Part shown: positions 38,234 through 49,691 of the stretch, piece by piece
How the letters are laid out: every line of letters begins with the position of its first letter
How positions within the stretch are numbered: position 1 is the stretch's first letter
NCBI GenBank assembly: GCA_013375475.1
Contig: JABXKD010000016.1
Coordinates: forward strand, 1 to 49,806
DNA from: Promethearchaeota archaeon
GTDB lineage: Archaea > Asgardarchaeota > Lokiarchaeia > Sigyniarchaeales > SOKP01
Length of the DNA stretch: 49,806 nt
Direction: 5' to 3'
Made by a program: the position numbers and the translations under genes
The notes under the pieces: model-generated
The model's database searches: none
Told to the model about the DNA's origin: nothing
The model's input: the letters and a program-made list of their open reading frames with translations, nothing else

Positions 38234-40132
38234 TTATAATGATGAACCTACGACAGTTGCAGTTGTTAAGAACCAAACAGTTATAACTGCTGCAAATATT
38301 GATCCAAGATATATTTTTCCCGTCTTACGGAAGAAATAAACCATCAAGAAATAGATTAAGACAGATAGAGGTATTATTGACATCAGCTGGAGAGGCATTA
38401 TAGGATTAAAGTCCCAACCTTCAAATGTGTAATTTGCACCGAAAACAGGTCCTAGATATTGAATTAGAAAAACAACCAACAACCCAGTCAACATGGCAAA
38501 GCAAGCTTTGATCGTCCAAATTATCTGAGTTTTATTAGGTGAGCTGGCCTCTTTTTGTCGAATTTCTGCAAATAAAAACACTCCACCATTTATGAGGAAA
38601 AATGGTAAAAATATTGGTAAATAAAGCAAGAATATCCAGAAACGCTCGATTGTAAACATTTTCATAAAAGACCAGAAGATTCTAAATTCAATCATGAACC
38701 AAGTTTGGAAGATACTAACTAATAGATACAACCAAGAGAAAAGGATCATAACTATTAATAAGGTCTTTCCGAATATTCGCCAGTATGGTTTGCTCTTAAG
38801 GTTTTTTCCGAAACTATCTTCTCCATAGGTGGCCGCTAAATCATATAGTTTAATTCTATCTCTACCAGTATAAAAGGAGATAAGTGCCCATAAGATCACT
38901 AATGCTCCAGCAATAGCTGCACAGATGAGATAAAATCCAAGGAAATTATTCATCATTCCCATTACAAGTGGGCTTTCCGGGGAAGCTTGAAAGCCCCAAT
39001 CCAGATCTGTGTGAGTGAAAAAGATATATACTACTCCTGCAATCGCTGCATTTACGGCAGCAACCGTCCACCACAGCCATTTTTTCGTTGTAATCTTGCT
39101 CACACGTGTAGGCATTGGTTGTGCGACTTCACTAAAATATTTTCCTAACATTAACCATTGATATAAGAAGATCATTGAAATAAAGCTAAAAAGTAGAGCA
39201 ATACCGCTGAAAATCTCCCCACCCAAGTAAAATTGACCTAAAGCAGCAACAGCATCCCAAGCCTCAGACTCATTGTATCCCTTTAAAGCTTGCAACATCC
39301 AAGCAACAGATTCTTGATTGCATACTAAATCCATAGTTAAACCAGGGTGAGTGGTGCCTAGAGCTAAATGTTCTCGATAAGCATTACCAACTGAGAAGTC
39401 ACCGTAAGTTGTATCTACTTCACCCGGCACCCCAGGACCTAATCCTGCATTTATTCCAGTAATGAGTAATCCTCGCTCTATAACTTCACTCTTTGTCATA
39501 TCTGCTGTGTAATTTGATGGTGCAACTAAACTTATGTCAACGGTATACCATTCTTCATTTTCTGCCCATACATGCAACACATTTCTATGCACGAAAAAAT
39601 TTTGAATTATAGGTGGAAATGTTTGAAAAATTGAAGCATTAGGAGCATACACATCTGCAGGAAAACCGGATAGTGGCATATAAAAAGCAGATATATGGCC
39701 CATCGAATGACCATATACCCCCATTCCTCCATCAACAAAAGATTGTCTTGCTAGCCAAATATAAGCCGTACGGGCACCTTGAATTTGAGTGGAAGTGTCA
39801 AATACCCCCTCAGAATCGCCATGACCTATTTGATCAATTGTCAAAACCACAAATCCAGCTCGTGCTAGTTCTAGAGCAGTTCCTCGTTGCACATCCTTAT
39901 CGTTATTATATCCATGGATACCAAGAATTCCAGGAGCAGGATTAGTAGCATCTACGCCAATTGGTCGATATAATTTCCCAACGATTTTTGTTCCATCGGT
40001 ATGTGTTATTGCTACTTCCTGAACGTCAATAGTTCCAAAATTTGTTTGAAATTCATAAGCCATAATTCCCGAAAAAAATACAATCACAACTGCAATAAAG
40101 AAAAACAGTTTAGTTTTTACTTTTTTTTCCAT
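38234..40132 (-). CDS. Membrane-bound alpha/beta hydrolase
   Basis: HGY, ELARAGFVVL.ID..GHG.S, GHSMG nucleophile elbow; many C-terminal TMs. Confidence 0.8.
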   Translation of the reverse strand: MEKKVKTKLFFFIAVVIVFFSGIMAYEFQTNFGTIDVQEVAITHTDGTKIVGKLYRPIGVDATNPAPGILGIHGYNNDKDVQRGTALELARAGFVVLTIDQIGHGDSEGVFDTSTQIQGARTAYIWLARQSFVDGGMGVYGHSMGHISAFYMPLSGFPADVYAPNASIFQTFPPIIQNFFVHRNVLHVWAENEEWYTVDISLVAPSNYTADMTKSEVIERGLLITGINAGLGPGVPGEVDTTYGDFSVGNAYREHLALGTTHPGLTMDLVCNQESVAWMLQALKGYNESEAWDAVAALGQFYLGGEIFSGIALLFSFISMIFLYQWLMLGKYFSEVAQPMPTRVSKITTKKWLWWTVAAVNAAIAGVVYIFFTHTDLDWGFQASPESPLVMGMMNNFLGFYLICAAIAGALVILWALISFYTGRDRIKLYDLAATYGEDSFGKNLKSKPYWRIFGKTLLIVMILFSWLYLLVSIFQTWFMIEFRIFWSFMKMFTIERFWIFLLYLPIFLPFFLINGGVFLFAEIRQKEASSPNKTQIIWTIKACFAMLTGLLVVFLIQYLGPVFGANYTFEGWDFNPIMPLQLMSIIPLSVLIYFLMVYFFRKTGKIYLGSIFAAVITVWFLTTATVVGSSL

Positions 40133-40313
40133 AATAACACCGATTAATTTTTAATTAAATTTCTTCTTTTTCCTTAGAAAAAAAGAAGTCAATTAGTAAT
40201 TTAAGAGCTATATATATAAAACTTTTGAATTTTGTAATTTTGGTCAAAAATTAAATAAAGATCAGAAATTTTCAGAATTACTTTGTTATAAGATATGAAT
40301 GTTTAGAAGCAAA

Positions 40314-41621
40314 TTATTTTTGTGAGGCTTTTTTGTCAAGGGCGTCTTTTAATATCTTTATCGCGCAAAATTCTCCGCACATGGAACACACATCATCATC
40401 CATATCTCCATTTCGATAATGAATCTCCCTTGATAATTCTGGATCGATTGAGTGTTTTATCATCCCTTCCCAATCGAGATTTTTTCGAGCCATATCCATT
40501 TTATAGTCCCAATCTGACGCTTTTTTACCGTATTTGGCAATATTTACTGCGTGGGCTGCGATTTTTGAGGCAATCACCCCTCTTTTTACTTCTTCCTTAT
40601 TAGGTAATGCCAAATGCTCAGAAGGAGTGACGTAACAGAGATAATCTGCACCGGCTAATCCTGCCATAACACCACCGATAGCGCTCACGAGGTGATCGTA
40701 TCCAGGAGCAATATCTGTGACTAAAGGCCCTAAGACATAAAAAGGGGCATTATCGCATAAAGATTTCATAATTTTTACGTTTCTTTCTATTTCATTAGCA
40801 GGTATATGCCCTGGGCCTTCAACCATAACTTGTACATTCTCTGACCATGCTCGCTTTACTAATTTAGAGATTTCAATAAGTTCTTGAATTTGTGCATAAT
40901 CGGTTGAATCAAAAATGCTACCTGGCCTCATCCCATCTCCGAGAGATAGAGTAAAGTCATATTGCTTAGCCATATCTAAAAGATAATCGTAATTACGGTT
41001 AAAGGGATTTTCTAAATCGTTTTCTAAAATCCAGGCTGCTAAAAAAGTCCCTCCACGAGAAACGACTCCCATGTTTCTTGGATGGTCCTTTAAGTAATTT
41101 ACAAGCTCTTTAGTAACCCCTACATGAATTGTAAAGAAGTCCACACCCTCTTTAGCTTGTTGCTCCACTACGTTAAAAAGATCGTCCTCGTCAAAATTAA
41201 TAATAGCTCCCTTTTTTTCTAACGCTCTTAATGCGGATTGGTAAATCGGAACTGTTCCGATTGGAACTTTAATCTCGTTTAATATCTGTGTTCGAATATT
41301 ATTAACGTCTTCTTCAGTTACTCCAGTACTTAAATCCATGACCGTATCTGCCCCAAATTTTACTGCTATCTTAGCTTTTTCTAATTCTTCTTCAATATTG
41401 CATACTCGTTTACTGGAACCAATATTAGCGTTTATTTTTACTAGTAAGCCTTCGCCTATACCCATGGGTTGGGTATCGCGTTGGTTTGATTTTGGTACGA
41501 CAATTCGTCCTTTAGCGATTCCTTTACGGATAATTTCAACATCAACTTGCTCTTTTTGGGCAACTATTTCCATTTCTTTAGTAATTTTTCCGTCTCGAGC
41601 AGTTCTAATCAGTGTGGACAA
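40314..41621 (-). CDS. thiC: Phosphomethylpyrimidine synthase
   Basis: KINANIG, GTVPIYQ, SRGG, SLGDGMRPG, EGPGH, YVLGPLVTDIAPGYDH, CSMCGEFC. Confidence 0.93.
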   Translation of the reverse strand: MSTLIRTARDGKITKEMEIVAQKEQVDVEIIRKGIAKGRIVVPKSNQRDTQPMGIGEGLLVKINANIGSSKRVCNIEEELEKAKIAVKFGADTVMDLSTGVTEEDVNNIRTQILNEIKVPIGTVPIYQSALRALEKKGAIINFDEDDLFNVVEQQAKEGVDFFTIHVGVTKELVNYLKDHPRNMGVVSRGGTFLAAWILENDLENPFNRNYDYLLDMAKQYDFTLSLGDGMRPGSIFDSTDYAQIQELIEISKLVKRAWSENVQVMVEGPGHIPANEIERNVKIMKSLCDNAPFYVLGPLVTDIAPGYDHLVSAIGGVMAGLAGADYLCYVTPSEHLALPNKEEVKRGVIASKIAAHAVNIAKYGKKASDWDYKMDMARKNLDWEGMIKHSIDPELSREIHYRNGDMDDDVCSMCGEFCAIKILKDALDKKASQK

Positions 41622-41812
41622 ATCAATTAGCCTTTATCTATTAATTTAGCGTTTTCAAATCGTAAAATGATAGTTTTCTATATGTAATAATAAAAGTAGA
41701 ATTAAATTCTTTCGTTTAATAAATAATAAAACAATTCAAATAGCACTTATCAATCTCTATATTTATTTTTAATGTAAAATTTTTATATTAAAAAGTATAT
41801 TGGGGATAGATT

Positions 41813-42715
41813 ATGGTTAGTAAACAGATGGAATATGTAATTAAGGGATTATGGTATAGTAGAAACCTTGAAATCAAAAAACGAGTGGGAGAACACCGTA
41901 AAGGATTGGAAGTGATGACTGAAGGAGTTAAACTCCCCGACGATGTAGAATCCGGAAAAATAGATATTAACGGGTTAAATGGTACATTGTTTAGTACTCC
42001 TGAATCAAAAGATGACCGCATTGTATTATTTCTTCATGGTGGAGCTTATATAGCAGGATCCGTTGAGACATCTAAATACCATGCGGTGTTAATCTCCCGA
42101 TTAGCTAAAGCACAGCTTCTAAGCATAGATTATAGACTAGCTCCCGAACATCCTTATCCCGCAGCATTAAATGATGCTGTCAACGCTTACAATTGGCTTA
42201 TTAAGGAAAAAAAGTTTCCACCTAACAAAATCGTATTTGTAGGAGTATCAGCAGGGGGAGGTCTGACGGTTGCTACGCTTTTAAAGTTAAGAGAAATGGG
42301 AATCGAACTTCCAGTCGCTGCTGTGTGTATTTCACCCTGGGCAGATTTAGCTTTTACGGGTGAAACATTTAAACCAAGGGCTAGTATGGATCCATTTACT
42401 TCTCCGTACAATTTAGATTTTGCGGCGAGTCTATATGTTGACAAAAGTGATGCCAGAAATCCCTATATTTCACCAGTTTATGCAGACCTTCACGGTTTAC
42501 CTCCTCTGTTTATCATTGTAGGTACAGCAGAAGTTTTACACGACGATTCTATTCGCTTAGCAGAGAACGCGGGATTTGCGGGGGTGGAGGTAATAATAGA
42601 TATATGGGAAGACATGATACACGCATTTCCAGTATTTGCAAACGTTGCTCCTGAAAGTCAACAAGCTATTGAAAAAATTAGTAAATTCATATACGATTCA
42701 TTTAAACAAGATTAA
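41813..42715 (+). CDS. HSL-family esterase/lipase
   Basis: LHGGAY, DYRLAPEHPYPA, GVSAGG, E..HDD, MIHAF. Confidence 0.9.
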   Translation: MVSKQMEYVIKGLWYSRNLEIKKRVGEHRKGLEVMTEGVKLPDDVESGKIDINGLNGTLFSTPESKDDRIVLFLHGGAYIAGSVETSKYHAVLISRLAKAQLLSIDYRLAPEHPYPAALNDAVNAYNWLIKEKKFPPNKIVFVGVSAGGGLTVATLLKLREMGIELPVAAVCISPWADLAFTGETFKPRASMDPFTSPYNLDFAASLYVDKSDARNPYISPVYADLHGLPPLFIIVGTAEVLHDDSIRLAENAGFAGVEVIIDIWEDMIHAFPVFANVAPESQQAIEKISKFIYDSFKQD

Positions 42716-42749
42716 AAATAAAAAAAAATGTTTTTAAAAATTAGAATTA

Positions 42750-43091
42750 CTATAGAACATCTGGAGCGTCCATTCCTATAATCTTATAGGCTTCTGTGAA
42801 ATCAAGAACAACATCTACTTTATACTTTAATCCATCAATTTCCTTAGCCAAAAATATATCTTGTCTAGTAGCTTCGGATAGTGCTTCTTTTTCTTTTCCT
42901 TTCCCTATTTGACCAATACCTACAACCATTACATTTCCGTCCTCAGTTGAATGCGCGAAAATACATAATGTTTTATCTACGGTTTTATCTGGAGGATTTT
43001 CATTCAACCATTCGATATATTTCTTTCCCACTTTGTTAGCTTGATCTGGAGGGACAAAAACTCTATTAAAAAGTAAAGTGATAACTACCAC
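42750..43091 (-). CDS. Hypothetical protein
   Basis: 113-aa ORF with RBS-like GAGGTG at start. Confidence 0.65.
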   Translation of the reverse strand: MVVITLLFNRVFVPPDQANKVGKKYIEWLNENPPDKTVDKTLCIFAHSTEDGNVMVVGIGQIGKGKEKEALSEATRQDIFLAKEIDGLKYKVDVVLDFTEAYKIIGMDAPDVL

Positions 43092-43216
43092 CTCTTATGA
43101 TTTGTTTTAAGATTTATCGTTAGATTTCGAGTATGAGATAATTAACTCTGAAACTATTTAAGGTTTTACATTTCTGTAAAGATATCTAAAATAAAGTGTT
43201 AAAACATAAATTTTAT

Positions 43217-43687
43217 CTAATCATAACCTATTTTTAACAGTTTCAAAAGCTCGATTAATGAATCAGTTAAGGTATAACTATTTAATTTGTCGTAAGGCAC
43301 GAATTTAGCGTCTAATGCGTCAGAATCGGGTACTGGTTGCTGATTCTTATCTCCATCTACTTGTTCTACAAAATAATTAATTAAAACGTAATGGTATTCG
43401 ACTTTTCCATTGGTATCATACATAATTTTATCAATTATACCAGCAAGTTTAGACACTTTCACTATAAAACCTGTTTCTTCGTAAGCTTCCCTTTCAGCAG
43501 CTTCTTCTATTTTTTCACCAAGATCCAAATGTCCACCTGGAATTGCCCAATACCCGGCATCAGGATCAAATTTCCTTTTTACTAATAATAAAGAGTTATC
43601 CCGGGTTAACAATACCCCTACTCCTACTAAGGGAACGATAGGATACTTTCTTAAATCAAAGGGTTTTAAATCTTTTTTATCAACCAT
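43217..43687 (-). CDS. Nudix hydrolase (ADP-ribose pyrophosphatase-like)
   Basis: PGGHLDLGEKIEEAAEREAYEETG Nudix box. Confidence 0.9.
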   Translation of the reverse strand: MVDKKDLKPFDLRKYPIVPLVGVGVLLTRDNSLLLVKRKFDPDAGYWAIPGGHLDLGEKIEEAAEREAYEETGFIVKVSKLAGIIDKIMYDTNGKVEYHYVLINYFVEQVDGDKNQQPVPDSDALDAKFVPYDKLNSYTLTDSLIELLKLLKIGYD

Positions 43688-43774
43688 TTACAACAAGTTT
43701 TACATTTTATTAATTATTAATACTTTTGAAAGATTATAAAGCTTCAAGTTAAATTAATTCTTAAATGCATTACT

Positions 43775-44266
43775 ATGGTGAGACCTTCTTACTGGCCTAC
43801 TGATGGAATGCCATATAAATCCGAGCCGTTTACTTGGATTGTTAAAGGGAAAATAGCGGCAAGTTGGTGGCCAGATCCTCCAATAAGGACAATATACGAA
43901 ATTGAAGGAATATCTGTTATCATAAATTGTTCGGAATTTGACAATCGGAAGGATGTTCAAGGATCGTTTCAATACTATCATATCAATGTTCCTGATTATG
44001 AATTAGCTACAGAAAAGCAAATTGAAACTTTTTTAGGTATCTGTGAAAAACACAGTTTAAAAAATGAATCAATTGTAGTCCATTGTGTTGCAGGATGCGG
44101 AAGAACTGCGCAATTTATTGTAGCGTGGGGGGCAAAAAATGGACATATTTCTAAAGACATGGATCCTGTAAAATGGGTCCGAAAATTCAGACCATGTAGC
44201 CTTGAGACTAAGGAACAGATGAATTTTGCCAGAAAAATTGCAAAAAAATATCAAGTAATTCGATAA
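43775..44266 (+). CDS. Dual-specificity/protein-tyrosine phosphatase
   Basis: VPDY acid loop, VHCVAGCGRT CX5R, RP.SLET.EQ. Confidence 0.9.
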   Translation: MVRPSYWPTDGMPYKSEPFTWIVKGKIAASWWPDPPIRTIYEIEGISVIINCSEFDNRKDVQGSFQYYHINVPDYELATEKQIETFLGICEKHSLKNESIVVHCVAGCGRTAQFIVAWGAKNGHISKDMDPVKWVRKFRPCSLETKEQMNFARKIAKKYQVIR

Positions 44267-44355
44267 TGTAAAGTATTTATTGTATTAATTTTATTAGTTT
44301 ACTAAATTTGCCTAGATTATTTAATATAAAAATGGTTTTATAAAAAAAACTGTAA

Positions 44356-45525
44356 TTGTTTAGAACGCACATGAATAAGTCTGATTATGTATACATGATT
44401 TTGGATAATATAATGGTCTATAACATTAACCTTCCTCCTGAATATCAAGGTGATGGATTAAACACTCATCTTAATAAATTTGACGAGGAAAACGTTAAAA
44501 TAATTGCTGGTTTTAACAAGAGCTTCTTAGAACACTTTTTAACAGTTTCAAAAGGTAAATCGCAACAAGATGTAGCTGAACTTTTGCAAAAAATGGAAAA
44601 AATTTCATATATTGTTGGGCCTATTGGAAATTTAAGTTATTTAGGTAGTGATCAAGTAGATCACCTACTAACAAAAATAGGTTCTTTCAAAATTGATGAG
44701 ATCAACGAAGAAAAAATAAGTATTGTAGCGGACGACCAACTTAGAGAACAATTTGGCGGAACAGGAGGGTATAATGCCTCTCAAGCTTTAGAAAACCAAT
44801 TAGCTAGTGCGGCTTTTTATTTAATGAACATGGGTTACTCTAAGGAAGAAATTCAAGAGAAATTTAACGAAGTTAGACAAGTTCCAGAAAAATTAGAGCA
44901 ATTATTCAACCTCCAACAAAGAGAGATTTATAATTTACCTTCTGAAATACGGCCTTCACCTCCATCATCTGCTCAAAGCCATCAAGAAACCTCAATTGAT
45001 CAAAGTCAGGATCTAAATGACTCGATTGCTCAGCACATACAAGCTATTCATCAAGATATTACAGAAGATAGGGCTCAAAAAGTTAGTTTAATCCTCGAAG
45101 AAATAAAAGCCTATGTTAAAGAAGACCTATCCGAACTTCAAGAGAAAGTATTTAGACAAATGCATCCTGATAGGTTAAACCGCGCACTTAAAATGCTTAA
45201 AACAACAAAAAGGAAATCTAAAAGAATGAGTTTATATGTTGAATGGTTTACCGATAGTTTACTACTTTCAAAAATTGAGTTAAAAGTAGAGCATTGGCAA
45301 GTTTCGTCATCGGCAGACCACTCCAGTGCGGGAGTGTACACGGCAGGTATTGATTTTTCGAGATACGATAATATTATAAGAGATTTTTCAGATAATAAAT
45401 TAGCAAAAGTTGTTAACATTAGTAGACGCATTTTACAAAATCCAACAAAGAAAGCCATTCAAAAACTAGGCCAAGATTTGATATCAGAAACAGGTTTTGA
45501 CGAACACCTTTATTTTACAGACTAG
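44356..45525 (+). CDS. Hypothetical helical protein
   Basis: Long ORF without recognised motif; true start may be a downstream ATG. Confidence 0.7.
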   Translation: MFRTHMNKSDYVYMILDNIMVYNINLPPEYQGDGLNTHLNKFDEENVKIIAGFNKSFLEHFLTVSKGKSQQDVAELLQKMEKISYIVGPIGNLSYLGSDQVDHLLTKIGSFKIDEINEEKISIVADDQLREQFGGTGGYNASQALENQLASAAFYLMNMGYSKEEIQEKFNEVRQVPEKLEQLFNLQQREIYNLPSEIRPSPPSSAQSHQETSIDQSQDLNDSIAQHIQAIHQDITEDRAQKVSLILEEIKAYVKEDLSELQEKVFRQMHPDRLNRALKMLKTTKRKSKRMSLYVEWFTDSLLLSKIELKVEHWQVSSSADHSSAGVYTAGIDFSRYDNIIRDFSDNKLAKVVNISRRILQNPTKKAIQKLGQDLISETGFDEHLYFTD

Positions 45526-45540
45526 ATTAACACATATTAA

Positions 45541-47154
45541 TTAGTGACTAATTTTAAAAACAGATTTCCCTCTTATAATGGTTTCCATTACCCGTATCTC
45601 TCGAATTTTATCTTCTGGTGAATTAAGAGGATTCTTATCCAATATTACTAAATCAGCATATTTTCCCACCTCTATAGTACCTTTAATTTTTTCTTCAAAA
45701 GCAGCATACGCGGCGTTTATTGTATATGATTTTAACGCCTCTTCTATGCTCAAGCATTCTTTAGGTACAAAAGAATTTCTTGTTACTAGAGCATGTAATC
45801 CTAATATTGGGCTTGGATCCTCAACGGGGCAATCTGATCCTGAAGCTAAAACAACGCCAGCATGTACTATCGATTTCATTGGGTAGGTATATTTGCATCG
45901 TTCTTCACCGATCCTTTTTGCTATCCAGTTGTACTCAGAGGTAATGAATGGGGGTTGGCAAGAAGCAATTATACCGTAAGTGGCCATGTCCCTAATAACA
46001 TCGCTAGTAAGCATAGAGGCATGTTCTATTCTGTGTCGATGGTCATTCCTCGGAAATTCAGTTAGTAACTTTTTATATAAATCCACTGCTAATCGATTAG
46101 CTTTATCTCCGATTGCGTGAATAATAATCTGAGAGGAATTGTTGTGAGCAACTTTCATTTTTTCATATATATCCTCTTCTTCAATTACACAAAATCCACA
46201 TTCTTCTGGAGCGTCAGTAAACGGTTCAAACATACACGCTGTTTTTGCTCCAAAAGAACCGTCGAGATAAAGTTTTAAACCTCCTATTTTAAGTTCATCA
46301 TCAGATTTACCTTTTTGGATAAAAAAATTGCTTAATTCTATAAATCTTTCAGGATACTCTGTTTCAATAAAAGTGTAACAGTCTTGCCATAAATTATTTT
46401 GAATTGATTGATAGAGTGAAAATTCGTCTGTCTTTCTATTATCTTCTTTAAAACGACTATCTGCATTTATAACTCCATGAATTGAGGTCAATCCCCTTTG
46501 AGCTAAATACTTAGAAGCTTTAATCGCAGCAGCCTTAATTAACTCATCATCAGGTATTGAAATACTCGAAAAGATAAGATTCAAAGCTTTTTCCGAAATA
46601 ACGCCTGTGAGTTTTCCATTCTTGTCTTTTCTAATTTCACCACCTTCAGGAACAATAGTTTCTTCGTCTAACTTTGCAATTTTTAATGCTTTTGTGTTTG
46701 CGATGCCGATATGCCCATCGTATCTTAATATGAAAACGGGATGGTTAGGACAGGATTTGTCTATATCCCATCTATTAGGTAATATTGCATTATCGAATTT
46801 TTCTTCGTTAAAATTATAGGCTATAATGAACTCGTCCTCATTTCTTTTTTTTGATTCATCTTTTAGATGAGACTGAAGTTCGATTAGGCTTTTCACATCA
46901 GTCAAATCGGGGTTTAATAAATGATTTATGTAGCTCATCGGATGCATATGACAATCTGTAAAGCCTGGAAGTAATGTATTTCCTTTCAAATCAATAAGAG
47001 TACATTTTTCACCCATTGCTTGTTTGACATCTTCCAATGATCCTATAGATACTATTTTTTCTCCCCTCATTCCTACAGCTTCTACAAGAGGTTGATTCTG
47101 ATTTATAGTTATTATCGGTCCTCCGAATATTATTTTATTATCTGAATTTGCCAC
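45541..47154 (-). CDS. Amidohydrolase family 3 (YtcJ-like)
   Basis: PGFTDCHMH, KLYLDGS, HAIGD, RIEHA, GSDCP, YTINAAYA, GKYADLVILD. Confidence 0.9.
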   Translation of the reverse strand: MANSDNKIIFGGPIITINQNQPLVEAVGMRGEKIVSIGSLEDVKQAMGEKCTLIDLKGNTLLPGFTDCHMHPMSYINHLLNPDLTDVKSLIELQSHLKDESKKRNEDEFIIAYNFNEEKFDNAILPNRWDIDKSCPNHPVFILRYDGHIGIANTKALKIAKLDEETIVPEGGEIRKDKNGKLTGVISEKALNLIFSSISIPDDELIKAAAIKASKYLAQRGLTSIHGVINADSRFKEDNRKTDEFSLYQSIQNNLWQDCYTFIETEYPERFIELSNFFIQKGKSDDELKIGGLKLYLDGSFGAKTACMFEPFTDAPEECGFCVIEEEDIYEKMKVAHNNSSQIIIHAIGDKANRLAVDLYKKLLTEFPRNDHRHRIEHASMLTSDVIRDMATYGIIASCQPPFITSEYNWIAKRIGEERCKYTYPMKSIVHAGVVLASGSDCPVEDPSPILGLHALVTRNSFVPKECLSIEEALKSYTINAAYAAFEEKIKGTIEVGKYADLVILDKNPLNSPEDKIREIRVMETIIRGKSVFKISH

Positions 47155-47333
47155 AATATTACACCTATATTAAAAACTATTTTATGTAATATAAATTGAT
47201 TTTGAAACTTAAAAACTAAATTTTCTGTAGAGGGTTGTATTTATAAGAAAAGTTTTTAAAATTTAGAATAATTCTAGTGGATTAATTGGTAAAAAGTAAT
47301 TTGTTCAAGCTAACTAAATTAGGCGAATAGAAA

Positions 47334-49691
47334 ATGGTAAAGAAATCTGACTTAAAGAAACTAAATTCGATCATGCAAGAAGGGAATGAGTTTAAAAATC
47401 TAAAAGAATACAATAAAGCTGTCGAAAAGTATTTGGAAGCTTTAAGTTTTATTGAAGAAAGTGTTAAAGAGCCAGAAGAGCGTGTTGAGGAGACCACAAA
47501 TATTAAATCTCAGATAGATCAAATATATTCCGTTAAAATTATTGATATTATTGAAACTGCTAGTAGTTTTGTCGATAACGCTGACTTCAACTCTGCGTTC
47601 AGCACTTTTGACGAAGCAGTGAGAATTGCGGATAAAATCGTAGATAAAGATATGAAAGACTACGAAGTAAAGCAAATTAACTATTTAATAAATAAGACGA
47701 AGATCGAGGAATCTCTTTCTCAGGGTTTGGCAGTTAAAGAGAAGAAAGAATTCGATAAGGCTATTAGTATGCTCAGAGACACATTAAATGGAGCAAAAGA
47801 GTTTTATATGGAAGATCTAGAGGACAAAATGATTAAAAAAATTGAAAATTCTATTAATGAAATTTATTCGTTGAAGGTTAGCATTTTAATTGAAAAAGGA
47901 AGTGCGTTAAGAGAAAGCGAGAATCTCGATGGTGCGCTTGAAACATATAATAATGCTATGAAATTAATTCATAATTATTTTGAATCTGATTTGAAAGAAA
48001 CAGATAAAAAAAATTTAGAAAATCTTACCAACCATATATATTCAAATAAAATTAAACCACTTATCAATAAAGGTCAGGAATTATTCGAAGGAAACAACTT
48101 CAGCGAAGCGGCCAATATCTTCGAAGAGGCTTTAAAAATTGCTAAAAAGATGTATGAAACAGAGGAAAAGAAATCAGAAATAAAAAATATTAATTCCGTT
48201 GCGTCTGGAGTATTGAATCCTATCTATTTAGAAAAAATTCATCCTATTATGAATAAAGGAAAAGAACTAATTATAAAAGAAAACTATGAGGAAAATATTA
48301 GTATTATCAACGAAGCTCTCGATCTTTTTGATAAGGCGTTAGAAGTTGCAAACACCATGGCTGATTCAACAGGAAAAAATGAGAAATTAAACGAAATCAC
48401 TAATTTGATCAATAAAACATGCAAAACTCGGATTGATTATATTAAAGAAAAATCTATTCATAGAATTGGGCAAGGTGATTACGAAAAGGCTATTAATGAT
48501 TTATACGCTGCGATCAGCGTTGCTAAAAGGATGTCTATTGCTGAAGAAATTAATGAAGATCTAGAGTACCTAAAAAACACAGTAAATAAAGTATACCTCG
48601 CTCAGATCGAGGAAGTAGTTAAGAACGGTGAAGTCAAACTAAAAAATAAAGAATACGATGAAGCTATAAAAATATTCAATAATGCTTTAGAGATGACTAA
48701 TAAGATGTACCTAACTCATGAGATGGAAGAGGAAATAAATAGAATAAAAGGTTTAGTTTACCAAGCTGAATTAAAAGACTTAGTAGATCGTGGAGACTTG
48801 TCTGAAGAACTACATAAATATGAAAAAGAGCTAGAAAAACTCAATAAAAAAATGGAATACGCCAAAAGTATTGGAGACCCTGACCGTAGATTCCAAGAGA
48901 TGGAACAGATAAAGAAAACGATTGATAAAGTCTTCCATTCTCAAATTAAACTATTAGTTGAGCAAGGTGTTCAACTAGCAGATAGTAAAAAGTTTGATGA
49001 TTCTTTCAAAAACTTCGAAGCTGCCATTACAATCAACGAGTCAATAAAAAGTCCCGAATTTAAAAACCTAATTGCTATCAAATATGAATATAAGCTAAAA
49101 TTGATCGCTAAAGCGCAATTAGAAATCGAAAAACTAAACTACGATGTAGCGATCGAAGATTGCAATAAAGCAATAGAATTAGATAGCAGCTTCATTGACG
49201 CTTATTTCTACATTGGGATTGCTAATAACAAAAAACAAGAATACGGAACCGCAATCACTTACTTCAAAAAATCGATTGATCTCAGTCCAAAATACGCGAA
49301 ATCGTGGAACCATATGGGATTTAGTCATGAAAAATTAGGCCAACTTGATAAAGCAATTGATTCTTATAAAAAAGCAGTGGGGTTTGAACCAAAGTATGCT
49401 TTAGCATATTATAATTTAGGAAACGCGTATAAACAAGAAAAACAACTAGATAATGCAATTGAATCCTATGAAAACGCAACAGAAATAGACTCGAATTATG
49501 CACATGCATGGCTTTTTATGGGATATGCGTATTTAGAAAAAAACGAATATTATTCCGCTATTCAAAATCTCGATAAGGCAATTAATATTAATCCCGATCT
49601 GGGAAAAGAGATTAAATCTGTTATTGATGGTATCAAAAATTCAGTAGAGAACCTTAATAAAAGTTTATTAGAGAAGTTTAATATTAAATAA
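47334..49691 (+). CDS. Large TPR/alpha-solenoid protein
   Basis: Degenerate N-terminal helical repeats (G......F..A...F.EA..IA) and canonical C-terminal TPRs (AYYNLGNAY....LD.AI.SYE.A.EID). Confidence 0.88.
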   Translation: MVKKSDLKKLNSIMQEGNEFKNLKEYNKAVEKYLEALSFIEESVKEPEERVEETTNIKSQIDQIYSVKIIDIIETASSFVDNADFNSAFSTFDEAVRIADKIVDKDMKDYEVKQINYLINKTKIEESLSQGLAVKEKKEFDKAISMLRDTLNGAKEFYMEDLEDKMIKKIENSINEIYSLKVSILIEKGSALRESENLDGALETYNNAMKLIHNYFESDLKETDKKNLENLTNHIYSNKIKPLINKGQELFEGNNFSEAANIFEEALKIAKKMYETEEKKSEIKNINSVASGVLNPIYLEKIHPIMNKGKELIIKENYEENISIINEALDLFDKALEVANTMADSTGKNEKLNEITNLINKTCKTRIDYIKEKSIHRIGQGDYEKAINDLYAAISVAKRMSIAEEINEDLEYLKNTVNKVYLAQIEEVVKNGEVKLKNKEYDEAIKIFNNALEMTNKMYLTHEMEEEINRIKGLVYQAELKDLVDRGDLSEELHKYEKELEKLNKKMEYAKSIGDPDRRFQEMEQIKKTIDKVFHSQIKLLVEQGVQLADSKKFDDSFKNFEAAITINESIKSPEFKNLIAIKYEYKLKLIAKAQLEIEKLNYDVAIEDCNKAIELDSSFIDAYFYIGIANNKKQEYGTAITYFKKSIDLSPKYAKSWNHMGFSHEKLGQLDKAIDSYKKAVGFEPKYALAYYNLGNAYKQEKQLDNAIESYENATEIDSNYAHAWLFMGYAYLEKNEYYSAIQNLDKAININPDLGKEIKSVIDGIKNSVENLNKSLLEKFNIK

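Noticed and set aside
41622-41812. TPP riboswitch upstream of thiC (also checked before thiDN and the thiC paralogue)
   Set aside because: Regions are AT-rich or too short and lack the conserved CUGAGA and ACCUG elements
1717-49509. Numerous short antisense or overlapping ORFs (e.g. 5743-6132, 26788-27222, 31711-32154, 34076-34462)
   Set aside because: They lie opposite well-supported genes and lack motifs
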